Shown here: positions 1 through 9,923 of the stretch, in pieces | How the letters are laid out: every line of letters starts with the position of its first letter | How positions within the stretch are numbered: position 1 is the stretch's first letter | Virus record (IMG/VR): IMGVR_UViG_3300050132_000248 | Coordinates: 32,001 to 96,000 of that record | Direction: 5' to 3' (one strand) | DNA length: 64,000 bases | Source of the DNA: a virus | Made by a program: the position numbers and the translations under genes | The notes under the pieces: generated by a model | What the model was told of the DNA's origin: nothing | The model's input: only the letters and a program-made list of their open reading frames with translations | Databases searched by the model: none

Positions 1-73
1 AATCTACCTGGAATTTCAATACCTATTCTTGTAGCTACTCCAGAGATGTAATCAATTGTATATTTCATATTAG

Positions 74-328
74 TTAGTTTTTAATTCTTACACCAAACAT
101 CTGCCAATACCATTCAAAATTCTGTAATGCTTTATTCTTATTACATCTGAATGTTTTCATCATCAAGGAAACAGCATAGTCTTTAAAAATTATATACTGT
201 TCCCTTGTCATGGTAAAATGATAAAACCAACGATCATCATCAATTATATCTAATCTTGTCTTTCCTATGATATCCAATTCAAAGGTAAAAAGATGATCAC
301 CAATATTCTCTCTTTTAACTTTTTCCAT
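74..328 (-). CDS. hypothetical phage protein (84 aa)
   Basis: ORF track; co-directional and tightly packed with neighbouring minus-strand genes. Confidence 0.7.
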   Translation of the reverse strand: MEKVKRENIGDHLFTFELDIIGKTRLDIIDDDRWFYHFTMTREQYIIFKDYAVSLMMKTFRCNKNKALQNFEWYWQMFGVRIKN

Positions 329-501
329 TATTCAGAAGGATAAATATCATCATCAAATGCTTGTAAAAGAACTTTTGACAGATCCTTCACTTGAGTTCTT
401 GTAAGTTGAATGTAAGAAGATCCTTCATCATTAGTAATTGTAAGTTGTAACATTCTTCCATTCCCTTTTCTTCCAATTATTTCTTTTATATCTGTACTCA
501 T
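328..501 (-). CDS. small hypothetical protein (57 aa, MSTDIKEIIGRKGNGRMLQL...)
   Basis: Read manually (below track cut-off); fills the gap, and its TAA overlaps the ATG of 74..328. Confidence 0.65.
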   Translation of the reverse strand: MSTDIKEIIGRKGNGRMLQLTITNDEGSSYIQLTRTQVKDLSKVLLQAFDDDIYPSE

Positions 502-509
502 AACTTTAT

Positions 510-1010
510 TTATAAGTAAACATTATCAATTTCTCCATTTTCTATTTTCTGAAGAGTTTCGTTCATACGAACAAGATCTCTTTTACAAGACTCAATATTA
601 TGCTCAGTATCATCTATTTTGTTTTTTATAATATAGAGCATTCTATCTTTATCTCTTAGTGCAGTTTTTCGTTTAGCCCATACTGTATAACATCCATGTT
701 GATGAGATAGATTAAACAGATCATCATAGGAATAATATTCTGTCTCCCACTCTTTAATATATTCAACATCATCCAAATTACATTTAAAAGTAAGAGTTCC
801 TTGTTTCAATGCTTCTTCAAGTGTAAAAGTTCTGTTATCATTTTCTCCCCAATATGTATCAACTAGCATTAATCCATCTTTATAATCTTTTACCACAAGT
901 TGCCTATCAAAACAATGATAAGGTTCAAATCTCTTTTTTACTTCACTATCATTATATCTAAAGGAGTAGACATCATTAATTTTTAGCTGTATTTTCTGTT
1001 CTTCGTTCAT
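510..1010 (-). CDS. hypothetical phage protein with C-terminal coiled coil (166 aa)
   Basis: ORF track; directly downstream of the polymerase. Confidence 0.75.
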   Translation of the reverse strand: MNEEQKIQLKINDVYSFRYNDSEVKKRFEPYHCFDRQLVVKDYKDGLMLVDTYWGENDNRTFTLEEALKQGTLTFKCNLDDVEYIKEWETEYYSYDDLFNLSHQHGCYTVWAKRKTALRDKDRMLYIIKNKIDDTEHNIESCKRDLVRMNETLQKIENGEIDNVYL

Positions 1011-1020
1011 AATTTTTACT

Positions 1021-3012
1021 TTAAAAAAGTGAAAGTTGATTTGCTACTGTCTTATTATTTCTCTTTTTTCCTTGAAATTCTACCTTGAAGATGATATTAT
1101 TAGCTTTCTCAATGTAATATGAAAAGTTAATATCCGCATCTTTCACTTGTGTAGTTTTTGGAAGATAATTACAAATAGTCATAACCCACTCACCTGCTTC
1201 TACTTGTGATTTAGCTGCTGCATTAGTTGTGCAACTTGGATTCTTAATTTTATACACCTTCTCTCCATGGTTTGAAACATAATAACGAATAAGTTTGTTA
1301 TAAATATGTTTCTCTCCTGTGGAAAGGATTGTTCCTTCATAATGAAAATCACGAGAAGCTTTTTTCCTAATGCAGAAATCATAAATGTTTGTATGATTCT
1401 TGATTGTCTCTTCAACAGGGATGTTATTAACAAAATATTCCTTGAGAGTAATGGGAATAATTCTCATTGAACTATTCTTGTGCAGAAGTTTGTCAATCTC
1501 AAAATCTCCCTTTTCTTTGGTAGTTCCATCAAGTTTAAGAGCAAGATAATCATTAACAGATGTCTGAGCAATCCATTTAAACTCAGTATATTCAAAATTA
1601 CCAAGAATATCATTTCCAATTATCTTTTCCCATTCAGTTAGAATAGCTTTAAATTCTTCTTCTCTGGAGATTGATATGATTGTATCCCAGCCATCAGTGT
1701 TAATCGAGACAACATTAAAACCCTTCAGAACTAAATCCTCAACAATCATTAATATTTCCATCTGTCCACCAATAGTTACCTGAAGCATTCCGTAAGGATA
1801 TTCCTGAAAATCTCCTTTACTATTTAAACGACCAAAACATCCCCCATTGAGACTTAATTTTCCCATTTCCTGCATAGAGTTATATTTAGGATCTCCTGTC
1901 GCCTTTCCAAGTTTCTTATATTTTAATCGTCTATCAATTTTACTAACAATTAAACTATTCCATCCCGGGAGATGTGAAGGTTCAACTTTATACTTACGAA
2001 TTGCATTTGGATATTGGCTGCCTATATCGCAGGATATGTATTTTTCATCTTCTTTTGGTTGCAGGAATCTACCTACTTCATTACTGTGTGCACCACCTTT
2101 AGCAATAGTAACTATAAGCTTATTAGGAAATGTAAATTTGAATTCCTGTTGCTGGGCAAGAGCATAAGTATTGCCAAATTCTTTTACAAACTTCTTGAGT
2201 TCAGGAGTTTGATAACTTATCCATTTAGGAAAGAACTTCTTGAATGGTTTTCCATAGAATGTAATTATCTGCTTGGGTTTAATATCCTTCTCCAACTTTC
2301 TACTCATCTTCAAATAATCAAGCTTATTCCATTCAGCTCCTATTTTTACATCACTCCAATTAAGACATTTTAGACCAAATTCCTGTTCCATAATAAGTCT
2401 ATCTTCTATCTTATTCTTTCCTTTATATAGAGACATTTCTGTCTTACCAATAGTAATTTTATAGAACTGATAAGTAGCAAAGACATCATTGTGACAATAT
2501 TTAATAACATCATCCATTTGATCATCAGTCATTTCTTTCATCCAATGATCTATTGGCATTTCCTCAATATTTTCAAGACACATGGAAAATTCTAATGATT
2601 TTAATGAGGTACGAAGATTAAGATTTTCATATCCAGAGATTGTAAATAAATCAATCTGTTTGAAAGATAGATATTCTTCTCTATATTGAGGAAGTACACC
2701 ATAATTCCCATCATCAATTACATCTTGTGCCTTCTGATAGATTAGTCCCACTATTTCATCTACAGGGGTATCAATCCACTGTTCATGATTTCTGATTATC
2801 CATTCAATCACCTGACTGTCAAAATGTAAACCATTAAAAGAGATATAGTAGTAATCCTCATGTGTGTCTATGAACTTGATAAGACTATCAAGCTGATTCT
2901 TTCTCCTACTCACCTCAAAATCATAAGTCTTGTCTTCTATAGGATCATAAACACACACAAGGAACATACATCTAATGGTTTCAATGTCATAACATAAAAC
3001 CTTGTCTATCAT
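1021..3012 (-). CDS. polB: DNA polymerase family B with 3'-5' exonuclease domain (663 aa)
   Basis: ExoI YDIET, ExoII FNGLHFD, ExoIII YCHND; motif A SCDIGSQYP, motif B KLSLNG, motif C NTDG; C-terminal QLSLF. Confidence 0.93.
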   Translation of the reverse strand: MIDKVLCYDIETIRCMFLVCVYDPIEDKTYDFEVSRRKNQLDSLIKFIDTHEDYYYISFNGLHFDSQVIEWIIRNHEQWIDTPVDEIVGLIYQKAQDVIDDGNYGVLPQYREEYLSFKQIDLFTISGYENLNLRTSLKSLEFSMCLENIEEMPIDHWMKEMTDDQMDDVIKYCHNDVFATYQFYKITIGKTEMSLYKGKNKIEDRLIMEQEFGLKCLNWSDVKIGAEWNKLDYLKMSRKLEKDIKPKQIITFYGKPFKKFFPKWISYQTPELKKFVKEFGNTYALAQQQEFKFTFPNKLIVTIAKGGAHSNEVGRFLQPKEDEKYISCDIGSQYPNAIRKYKVEPSHLPGWNSLIVSKIDRRLKYKKLGKATGDPKYNSMQEMGKLSLNGGCFGRLNSKGDFQEYPYGMLQVTIGGQMEILMIVEDLVLKGFNVVSINTDGWDTIISISREEEFKAILTEWEKIIGNDILGNFEYTEFKWIAQTSVNDYLALKLDGTTKEKGDFEIDKLLHKNSSMRIIPITLKEYFVNNIPVEETIKNHTNIYDFCIRKKASRDFHYEGTILSTGEKHIYNKLIRYYVSNHGEKVYKIKNPSCTTNAAAKSQVEAGEWVMTICNYLPKTTQVKDADINFSYYIEKANNIIFKVEFQGKKRNNKTVANQLSLF

Positions 3013-3022
3013 TTAGTTAGTA

Positions 3023-3256
3023 TTATTTTGGTAAAATTGAGTTAAGAATATTAAAGTTTTCTTCATCATAATCACAACAGAACTTATTACCATCTACATA
3101 GAATATAATATCAGAAGATTTGTCTTCATCATTTCTGGCAATCCACCATCCAGATAGTTTATCAGGACGAAAGATGAATGTAGTATATTCATCATCTTGA
3201 GATATACCAAGATCTCTCAGTTCAGCATTCTCTATTGCTATTTCTATTTGACTCAT
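3023..3256 (-). CDS. hypothetical protein (77 aa)
   Basis: ORF track; ATGA overlap with the upstream gene. Confidence 0.7.
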   Translation of the reverse strand: MSQIEIAIENAELRDLGISQDDEYTTFIFRPDKLSGWWIARNDEDKSSDIIFYVDGNKFCCDYDEENFNILNSILPK

Positions 3257-3663
3257 TCTTCCTCCTCAATTAGTTTAATAATAATCTTTTCTTCATCATA
3301 AACAGGAATAATCATTTTTTCCTTTTCATAGAGTTTATCCTTGATTTGTATCATACAACGATGTTTGTTTGCAAGAATAATATTAATGTCATCAACAGTT
3401 ATTTCATGCATGTCTTCAGAATCTTCTCCTTCATCTACCCAAGCTATTTCTTCATGTTTAGCCAATAGTATTTCCAGAGATGTATCAAAGAGTTGTAACT
3501 CAACAGGATGTCCATTATTAAATATAAATGCATTCATGTCATAAATTTTATGATTCAACTCAAAAACCTCAACACTATCTTCTCCCTTTATGACAAATAA
3601 CATTCCTTGTTGTAATTTACGAGGACTGTAAGCAGTGAGTACTAATTCAGCAGTTATGTACAT
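3253..3663 (-). CDS. hypothetical acidic protein (136 aa)
   Basis: ORF track; GGAGG ribosome-binding site upstream. Confidence 0.75.
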   Translation of the reverse strand: MYITAELVLTAYSPRKLQQGMLFVIKGEDSVEVFELNHKIYDMNAFIFNNGHPVELQLFDTSLEILLAKHEEIAWVDEGEDSEDMHEITVDDINIILANKHRCMIQIKDKLYEKEKMIIPVYDEEKIIIKLIEEEE

Positions 3664-3895
3664 GGTTTTCCTCCGTTATTTCTTCATTCCACCATTCTTC
3701 AAAGATTAACTTTTCTCCTCTATCGTAAGGAGTATTTCTGTTTTTATACCAATCTATAGTTGCTCTTTTCCATGCCTGCCAAGCAGATTCCTTACAAAAT
3801 TCTTTAAGAGTTTGCATAGAAACATATCCTAAATTATCATTACCAGACATGTAATAAGGTTCAATATTTTCTAATATTTTTTCATATCTTTTCAT
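3647..3895 (-). CDS. hypothetical protein (about 82 aa, MKRYEK...)
   Basis: Track ORF 3647..3955; the later ATG at 3895 avoids overlap with 3906..4112. Confidence 0.6.
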   Translation of the reverse strand: MKRYEKILENIEPYYMSGNDNLGYVSMQTLKEFCKESAWQAWKRATIDWYKNRNTPYDRGEKLIFEEWWNEEITEENHVHNC

Positions 3896-3905
3896 ATCTC
3901 TGGAG

Positions 3906-4112
3906 TTATGTACATAATGCATTATGATTTGCAAGACACATTTCAATATACTCAATCAAATATTTAGCATAAGAACAAAGAATTTCCTGTCCACCAAATA
4001 TAAATATTCCTGTTCTATCTTTATGAAATTCATATTCCTGTTTCAACACAGATAGATATGCATTTGCTGCTTCTGGAGTAAGCGATTGCCCATTTATAAT
4101 AATATTTTTCAT
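3906..4112 (-). CDS. hypothetical protein (68 aa)
   Basis: ORF track; operon context. Confidence 0.65.
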   Translation of the reverse strand: MKNIIINGQSLTPEAANAYLSVLKQEYEFHKDRTGIFIFGGQEILCSYAKYLIEYIEMCLANHNALCT

Positions 4113-4133
4113 ACATCTCTGGAGTTTAAAATT

Positions 4134-4170
4134 AAAAAAAGAGTGAACAGAAACATTCTCTGCTCACTCT
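4134..4170 (-). terminator. intrinsic terminator
   Basis: Minus-strand stem AGAGUGAGCAG/CUGUUCACUCU (G-U pair only on the minus strand) followed by U7, just after the stop at 4185. Confidence 0.75.
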
Positions 4171-4184
4171 CAACATGAAAACAA

Positions 4185-4397
4185 CTATATATTGTCCTGA
4201 ATTAAACCAAAATGATCTATGCATTCCTGTTCACCTATTTCATCAAGTAGTTTATTATGATCAAAATGATGAACAATCTCTGATTCAGTAAAATGATCTA
4301 AAATTTCATCACCATCTACGTGTGAGATTTCTAAATCTACAGCATTAGTATTCCATGCTGTTATTTGAAGTGATTTGCACTTGATATTTATATCCAT
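4185..4397 (-). CDS. hypothetical acidic protein (about 70 aa, MDINIK...)
   Basis: Track ORF 4185..4481; start at 4397 abuts the upstream stop at 4399. Confidence 0.6.
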   Translation of the reverse strand: MDINIKCKSLQITAWNTNAVDLEISHVDGDEILDHFTESEIVHHFDHNKLLDEIGEQECIDHFGLIQDNI

Positions 4398-4398
4398 A

Positions 4399-4716
4399 TC
4401 ACTTTTTATTAAATTCTGATAGAAACTTTCCATCAGAAATAACAAGCTTTCCATTATAATAAGCTTTCTTAATTTTACCACAATTCACAGAGCCATCTCC
4501 TCTACATTCTTCAAATTGCTTGAGAATTATAAGAGCTTCATCCAAAGACATTACATCCTTGAAAGTATATGTTGTTCTGAAATCTTTGGATCCTTTTCCT
4601 GTCAAAGAGTCTTTTCTTGCAGGATTGTATAAATATACAACTACACGATGCATATTTGGAGAAATTAATTCTCCTTCTCCATGAATTTTACGATTTAATT
4701 TTGTCTTTGTTTCCAT
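4399..4716 (-). CDS. hypothetical protein (105 aa)
   Basis: ORF track. Confidence 0.7.
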   Translation of the reverse strand: METKTKLNRKIHGEGELISPNMHRVVVYLYNPARKDSLTGKGSKDFRTTYTFKDVMSLDEALIILKQFEECRGDGSVNCGKIKKAYYNGKLVISDGKFLSEFNKK

Positions 4717-4742
4717 CCTTAAATGATTTTGTATTAGTTTAA

Positions 4743-5390
4743 TTAATGTTTATAATTATATATCCAAAAAGAAGCTTGCCTTCCGCTATCGAAGCATATC
4801 CAACTTATAATAGCTTTCCCTGCGATAACGTACCACTTTCTATTGCTGTGAATATCAGCTAAATTAAATACTAATCCTCCTGTTAAGAATAGGTTTCTGC
4901 CCATTTGAATCCCATGATATTTGTCCGTTGTCCAGACAAGGAATGAAGTTGAACCCAGGAATTTAGCACCCTGTTTAGGATCGTGATTTTTGTATTTGTT
5001 AGTCCATGTCAGAGCAGGGTCACACCTATAAGCAGGACAGTTCCATAACTTTTCAAAACGTTGTGGTGAGTGATCTAATGTCTGCATAGATCCATCACTC
5101 AGACCACTAATGAACCACGAGGCACACCCCGCAATAAATAATGGTGTGATAATGGGCTTCTTTTCGATCTTCACTACTGCATACCGTTGGGAAAACTCCC
5201 TGCGGTCTCTGGTTATTATAGAATCAGGTAAAACACAATCACCGGGTCTTCCGTAATACAATTTTGCTGTATCTATTCCAGTTCCTTTTATTTGTGGAAA
5301 CATTCTGTATTTCCCTACTATTGAATCCTGTGAATGTCCTGTAATGCCAATCAATACGAATAGCATCATAATGCTTAAAATTGTTTTCAT
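4743..5390 (-). CDS. secreted/membrane protein with Sec signal peptide (215 aa)
   Basis: MKTILSIMMLFVLIGITGHS|QDSI signal peptide with Gln at +1; hydrophobic segments in the C-terminal half. Confidence 0.75.
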   Translation of the reverse strand: MKTILSIMMLFVLIGITGHSQDSIVGKYRMFPQIKGTGIDTAKLYYGRPGDCVLPDSIITRDRREFSQRYAVVKIEKKPIITPLFIAGCASWFISGLSDGSMQTLDHSPQRFEKLWNCPAYRCDPALTWTNKYKNHDPKQGAKFLGSTSFLVWTTDKYHGIQMGRNLFLTGGLVFNLADIHSNRKWYVIAGKAIISWICFDSGRQASFWIYNYKH

Positions 5391-5408
5391 TTTTTTGTTT
5401 TTAAAGGT

Positions 5409-5639
5409 TTATTTCTTTAGATATTCAATAAATTCATCAATATCTGCTACCTCTATCCACAATGTTGATCCTGAATGTCTTTGGTTAAAATACTGCATAA
5501 ACTTGACTAATCCATCTCTTGGTTCAACCTTTGAAGCATAAGCTACCATTAATCTCATAACTTCACTTATAGGAACAAATGAACCATCATGTTTGCATCC
5601 ATTTGTGAATTTTTTTGCATTATCAATCGTGTTTTCCAT
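5409..5639 (-). CDS. hypothetical protein (76 aa)
   Basis: ORF track. Confidence 0.65.
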   Translation of the reverse strand: MENTIDNAKKFTNGCKHDGSFVPISEVMRLMVAYASKVEPRDGLVKFMQYFNQRHSGSTLWIEVADIDEFIEYLKK

Positions 5640-5657
5640 ATCTCTTATTCCTTTCTG

Positions 5658-6350
<693 letters not shown>

Positions 6351-6371
6351 GTTTCCCTTTCTGTTATTTGG

Positions 6372-7499
6372 TTAATCCCCTGTGTGATTGCCGTAACAGG
6401 CATTTGTTCTCTCAAAATTGGTTTGTTCGTCTTCCTTTTCCCCCTTATCCTCAACATGTTGCACAACTCCATCCTTATCAGGATTCCCCCATTTCCTTTT
6501 CTTATTAACCTCCATTTTAGTCTTTGAAAATTCAACAAGATCATCAAATGTTAATTTGAATTGTGATGCTGTGTTTAACAGTAATATAAAACAATCCGCA
6601 AACTCAGATCCAATCTCATCTTTTGAATGTTCGTGAAATATTGCCTGTTTTAATTCCTCAACTTCTTTAAGCAAATGAATACAATGAGAAATTGGTGTTG
6701 CATTTGGAAAGGTTTTATTTCGCCATTCATCCCAATCTTCCATTAATTTTTGTATTTCCCCCTTATCCTTCACATTAACAGCGTCTTGTGCCGTTACCCA
6801 TTTTGCATGAGGTGAATATGGGTCAAGGAATGAGTTTTTACCCAAAGTTACAGGCTTATCCTCAATAGGCTTATTCAGCAATGTTAACTTGTCAGGATTG
6901 GTATTGCCTTCTAATAATGCTTTAAATGGCTTAACCAAAACACTTTCTGGCTTATCATTAATGTATTTTTCTGCATAAGCACGAACATCAATACCCCTTC
7001 CCTGTAATCCTTTTTCAAGAATTTTAACAATTTCAGTATATCCCATTAAGCCATAAAACATAGAATAAAGACCATCATTAACACCACTCATATAATCAAC
7101 TGAGCCTGAAAACTTGTCTTTAATTCTTTGAATGTACGGATCGGAAATGATGAATTTGCCTTTTTCGTATTTATCTTCATCACCTTCCTCCATAGGTAAG
7201 TTTTCTTTCTTATCCTCAACTCTGGATAGGAGATGGGATTGAAACTTTATATTGCTTTGAACCTGTCTATAAATCAAATTATCCCAAATCTCTGTATTTC
7301 CATATATATTTTCTATGAATGGATATTCTTTTATGACATATTCCCTTATCTCCTCCTCAGACATAGGAGAGGATTGATTGCGGTAGGATTCCATTGCTTG
7401 TAAGGTATCTTCATAAAGCATATACTTTTCATTCTTACCATTCAGATGAAGAGTAAATGTCTTGTATTTACCAGAAATAATTTCTTCTTTTGTTGTCAT
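6372..7499 (-). CDS. mosaic protein with C-terminal DUF550/MazG-like dATP/dGTP pyrophosphohydrolase domain (375 aa)
   Basis: WRNKTFP..HLLKEVEEL..EIGSEFADCFILL..KMEVNKKRKW matches the all-alpha NTP pyrophosphatase (DUF550-type) pattern. Confidence 0.7.
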   Translation of the reverse strand: MTTKEEIISGKYKTFTLHLNGKNEKYMLYEDTLQAMESYRNQSSPMSEEEIREYVIKEYPFIENIYGNTEIWDNLIYRQVQSNIKFQSHLLSRVEDKKENLPMEEGDEDKYEKGKFIISDPYIQRIKDKFSGSVDYMSGVNDGLYSMFYGLMGYTEIVKILEKGLQGRGIDVRAYAEKYINDKPESVLVKPFKALLEGNTNPDKLTLLNKPIEDKPVTLGKNSFLDPYSPHAKWVTAQDAVNVKDKGEIQKLMEDWDEWRNKTFPNATPISHCIHLLKEVEELKQAIFHEHSKDEIGSEFADCFILLLNTASQFKLTFDDLVEFSKTKMEVNKKRKWGNPDKDGVVQHVEDKGEKEDEQTNFERTNACYGNHTGD

Positions 7500-7572
7500 T
7501 TTGCTTGTTTTTATTGGTTTATATTTCGTGTCCTGAAAACTTTTCCCAGTCTTTTTCTTCCCCGAAGGGAGG

Positions 7573-7881
7573 TTAATTAATACTCAATGTCTTAACTTTA
7601 CTTTTATCTGGAGAATAACTGATGTGCGATAGATTTACACAGCATCCTGATTTGCCATTACGAGGTTTATAACCATCACACCACTTACCGCAAGGCTTAT
7701 CTTCTATATCATAGAAGGCCTCATATTCTCTGCACCAAAATACATCTCCGATTTTTTCAGGTATAGCAGGATGAAGTTTTACCTCTTTTACTTCTTCGTA
7801 ACTCAGAAACCACCTCCAATATTCAAGAGTATAACAATTTTCAGGATCGGATTCTTCTGCATTAAAATAGAGCTTCTTCAT
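7573..7881 (-). CDS. Cys-rich hypothetical protein (102 aa)
   Basis: ORF track; CGKWCDGYKPRNGKSGCC cluster. Confidence 0.7.
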   Translation of the reverse strand: MKKLYFNAEESDPENCYTLEYWRWFLSYEEVKEVKLHPAIPEKIGDVFWCREYEAFYDIEDKPCGKWCDGYKPRNGKSGCCVNLSHISYSPDKSKVKTLSIN

Positions 7882-8144
7882 TTTTTATGTTTTTTTGGAT
7901 AATAAAGTCCGTATGTTGTTGTATCGGCAGGCTGTATCTTGAAGTTTAAAGCCCCTCCGGTGATCTGTAATGCGTTTATCTTCTTTTGCTGGTACATTCT
8001 GTCGCCCAACTGGAGGGCATTGAGAAGAACACTTAAAATAAGAAATGTACCCAATGCCCAGTCTATTGCAATTTGAATTTTTAATTTTCGTTTATAATCA
8101 AAATTGGAGTCTATCATTATACTATTCTTTGCGAATTTTATCAA
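7878..8144 (-). CDS. single-pass membrane protein (88 aa)
   Basis: Hydrophobic WALGTFLILSVLLNAL segment. Confidence 0.65.
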   Translation of the reverse strand: MIKFAKNSIMIDSNFDYKRKLKIQIAIDWALGTFLILSVLLNALQLGDRMYQQKKINALQITGGALNFKIQPADTTTYGLYYPKKHKK

Positions 8145-8625
8145 GAATATTAGTATACAGAGTCATTAAATCAATTTCTGAGTCTATACTCTGAAGAGCC
8201 ATTACAGCAAGTGTCATGGCTTCGGCTTTCATATTAACTTTTTTATATTTTCCCTCTATAATAGCTGTTTGATTTCTACTGATGTTCAGCTTTTCTTCAA
8301 GATCATCCACCTGAGAAGACTTGATTATCCATTTTTGTTTCCATTCTTCAACTTTTTTTGTTGATGTTTCTATTTCATCAGAGAGAGTTTTAATAGCTTT
8401 CTCATTTTGAATGAATACATTATTCAACTGATTACACCATTTTTTAATTTCATCTTTTAGTTTATTAATGAGAATTTTTCTTCTGACATTCTTTGCCATT
8501 ATTATCCCCATCCATATGATATAGACAATAATAAAGAGAATAGAAAGTATAAATATCCAATTATGTACTGTTGTTGGCGTCTTTAACCATTGTATAATAT
8601 TGTTCCAAATATCTGTTGCATTCAT
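8122..8625 (-). CDS. membrane-anchored coiled-coil protein (167 aa)
   Basis: N-terminal TM (WIFILSILFIIVYIIWMGII) followed by heptad-like helix. Confidence 0.7.
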   Translation of the reverse strand: MNATDIWNNIIQWLKTPTTVHNWIFILSILFIIVYIIWMGIIMAKNVRRKILINKLKDEIKKWCNQLNNVFIQNEKAIKTLSDEIETSTKKVEEWKQKWIIKSSQVDDLEEKLNISRNQTAIIEGKYKKVNMKAEAMTLAVMALQSIDSEIDLMTLYTNILDKIRKE

Positions 8626-8643
8626 TTTTGTTTGTTTTAGATG

Positions 8644-8856
8644 TTATTTTTCATGTCCTGAGAATTTTTCCCAAGACTTTTCTTCCTTCAATGCTTTATT
8701 CTTTTCATCACTGAGAAGAAGTTTATCATTAAATTCCTTTTCACCTTCATATTCTTCCTCTTCTTCCACACCTGTATGTTCGTGGCATAAGGGACATAAA
8801 TCTGAATCAGGCCAATTAATCATTTCCTCAGCACAGCATTCTGAATAGTATTTCAT
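8644..8856 (-). CDS. small Zn-ribbon-like protein (about 70 aa, MKYYSECC...CPLCHEH)
   Basis: CC and CxxC motifs; ATGA overlap with 8853..9086 supports start at 8856. Confidence 0.6.
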   Translation of the reverse strand: MKYYSECCAEEMINWPDSDLCPLCHEHTGVEEEEEYEGEKEFNDKLLLSDEKNKALKEEKSWEKFSGHEK

Positions 8857-9086
8857 AGTAAACGATGATGAGTGATATGTTTCTCCCAAAGTGCTCTTAC
8901 TCTATCTACATCTTCTAATGATTTAGCAAATACAACTGTTTTTCCATCAGAAAGATAAACTGGTATTTTATTAGTGATATCTCCAGCAATACGTTGTTCG
9001 GGAGTGAGTTTATTTTGGATTAAATGATTAATAGCAGATCCTAATCCTTTGGCTGTCTTACGACTACTTACTCTTGGATGTCTCAT
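8853..9086 (-). CDS. hypothetical protein (77 aa)
   Basis: ORF track; overlapping stop/start. Confidence 0.7.
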   Translation of the reverse strand: MRHPRVSSRKTAKGLGSAINHLIQNKLTPEQRIAGDITNKIPVYLSDGKTVVFAKSLEDVDRVRALWEKHITHHRLL

Positions 9087-9307
9087 ATCTTTTTACTTTT
9101 TCCTGCAAGTTTACGATTATAACCACTCTGATCATACATCATCATTGATTTTTGAATCTCTAATGCTCCTATAATTTCCTGATAGTTTGGCTGAAAACCT
9201 TTCTCAAGACTATTTACATTAATAGTTTGACAGTTCTCACCCACTGTTATAACAATTTCAAATTTCTGTTTGTTGAAATCTGGTTTCATTAGTTTATTTA
9301 AACTCAT
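9083..9307 (-). CDS. hypothetical protein (74 aa)
   Basis: ORF track; AAGGAGG upstream. Confidence 0.75.
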   Translation of the reverse strand: MSLNKLMKPDFNKQKFEIVITVGENCQTINVNSLEKGFQPNYQEIIGALEIQKSMMMYDQSGYNRKLAGKSKKI

Positions 9308-9329
9308 AATATTCCTCCTTAAGTTTTAT

Positions 9330-9381
9330 AAGGGAAAAGATTCCAAAATTACTAATAATTTCAATTAGAATCTTCTCCCTT
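9330..9381 (-). other. intergenic RNA stem-loop (14-bp stem)
   Basis: AAGGGAGAAGAUUC/GAAUCUUUUCCCUU; fully paired only on the minus strand (G-U). Confidence 0.65.
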
Positions 9382-9405
9382 CAAATTTAATAATGGTTTT
9401 CATAC

Positions 9406-9576
9406 TTATACTCCTTCCTCAAGTTTGAAGATGATTCTTTCTGTTAATGATACTTCAGGATTTACAAGTTTTTCTGTTCTTACAATTCTTGCTGCCTGAC
9501 GAATTAATGATTCTTGATTGCCTGCTGCTCTCAGCTTCTTGTTAATGACAAGAGTTTTCATTATTACTGTTTTCAT
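9406..9576 (-). CDS. small basic protein (56 aa, MKTVIMKTLVINKK...)
   Basis: Read manually; fills the gap. Confidence 0.6.
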   Translation of the reverse strand: MKTVIMKTLVINKKLRAAGNQESLIRQAARIVRTEKLVNPEVSLTERIIFKLEEGV

Positions 9577-9606
9577 GTTTTTGCTTTTTTAGTTGTTTAC
9601 TTATAA

Positions 9607-9822
9607 TTATTGTTTTTTAACATTGTTCCACCATATTTCAAATTCCCCTCGATGAAAGCTTAATAAGGAAGCTTGTCTGCAGAGAACCTTCACCTCTTCT
9701 TCAGAATAGAAGAATTTCTTTGCATGTTTGGCATTGTGCTCAGAGAGCATTTCATGAACTCCTTCAATAAGAGTGACATCTTTATCAGAGACATCACTCT
9801 TAACAGATTTGGGTGTTATCAT
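9607..9822 (-). CDS. hypothetical protein (71 aa)
   Basis: ORF track; GGAGGTGA upstream. Confidence 0.7.
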   Translation of the reverse strand: MITPKSVKSDVSDKDVTLIEGVHEMLSEHNAKHAKKFFYSEEEVKVLCRQASLLSFHRGEFEIWWNNVKKQ

Positions 9823-9923
9823 TTTCTCACCTCCAAATATCCATTTTTCATTCTGAGCATCATCTCATCAATTTTACGAATTAGCTGTTCAACAGCTTTT
9901 TCTAATTTGATTTGTTCTTTCAT
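9819..9923 (-). CDS. small protein (34 aa, MKEQIKLEKAVEQLIRK...)
   Basis: Read manually; AGGAGG upstream, ATGA overlap downstream. Confidence 0.55.
   Translation of the reverse strand: MKEQIKLEKAVEQLIRKIDEMMLRMKNGYLEVRK

Noticed and set aside
7878-8625. Spanin/holin lysis pair
   Set aside because: TM plus coiled coil is suggestive, but there is no o-spanin lipobox or endolysin nearby, and the genes lie in the early arm.
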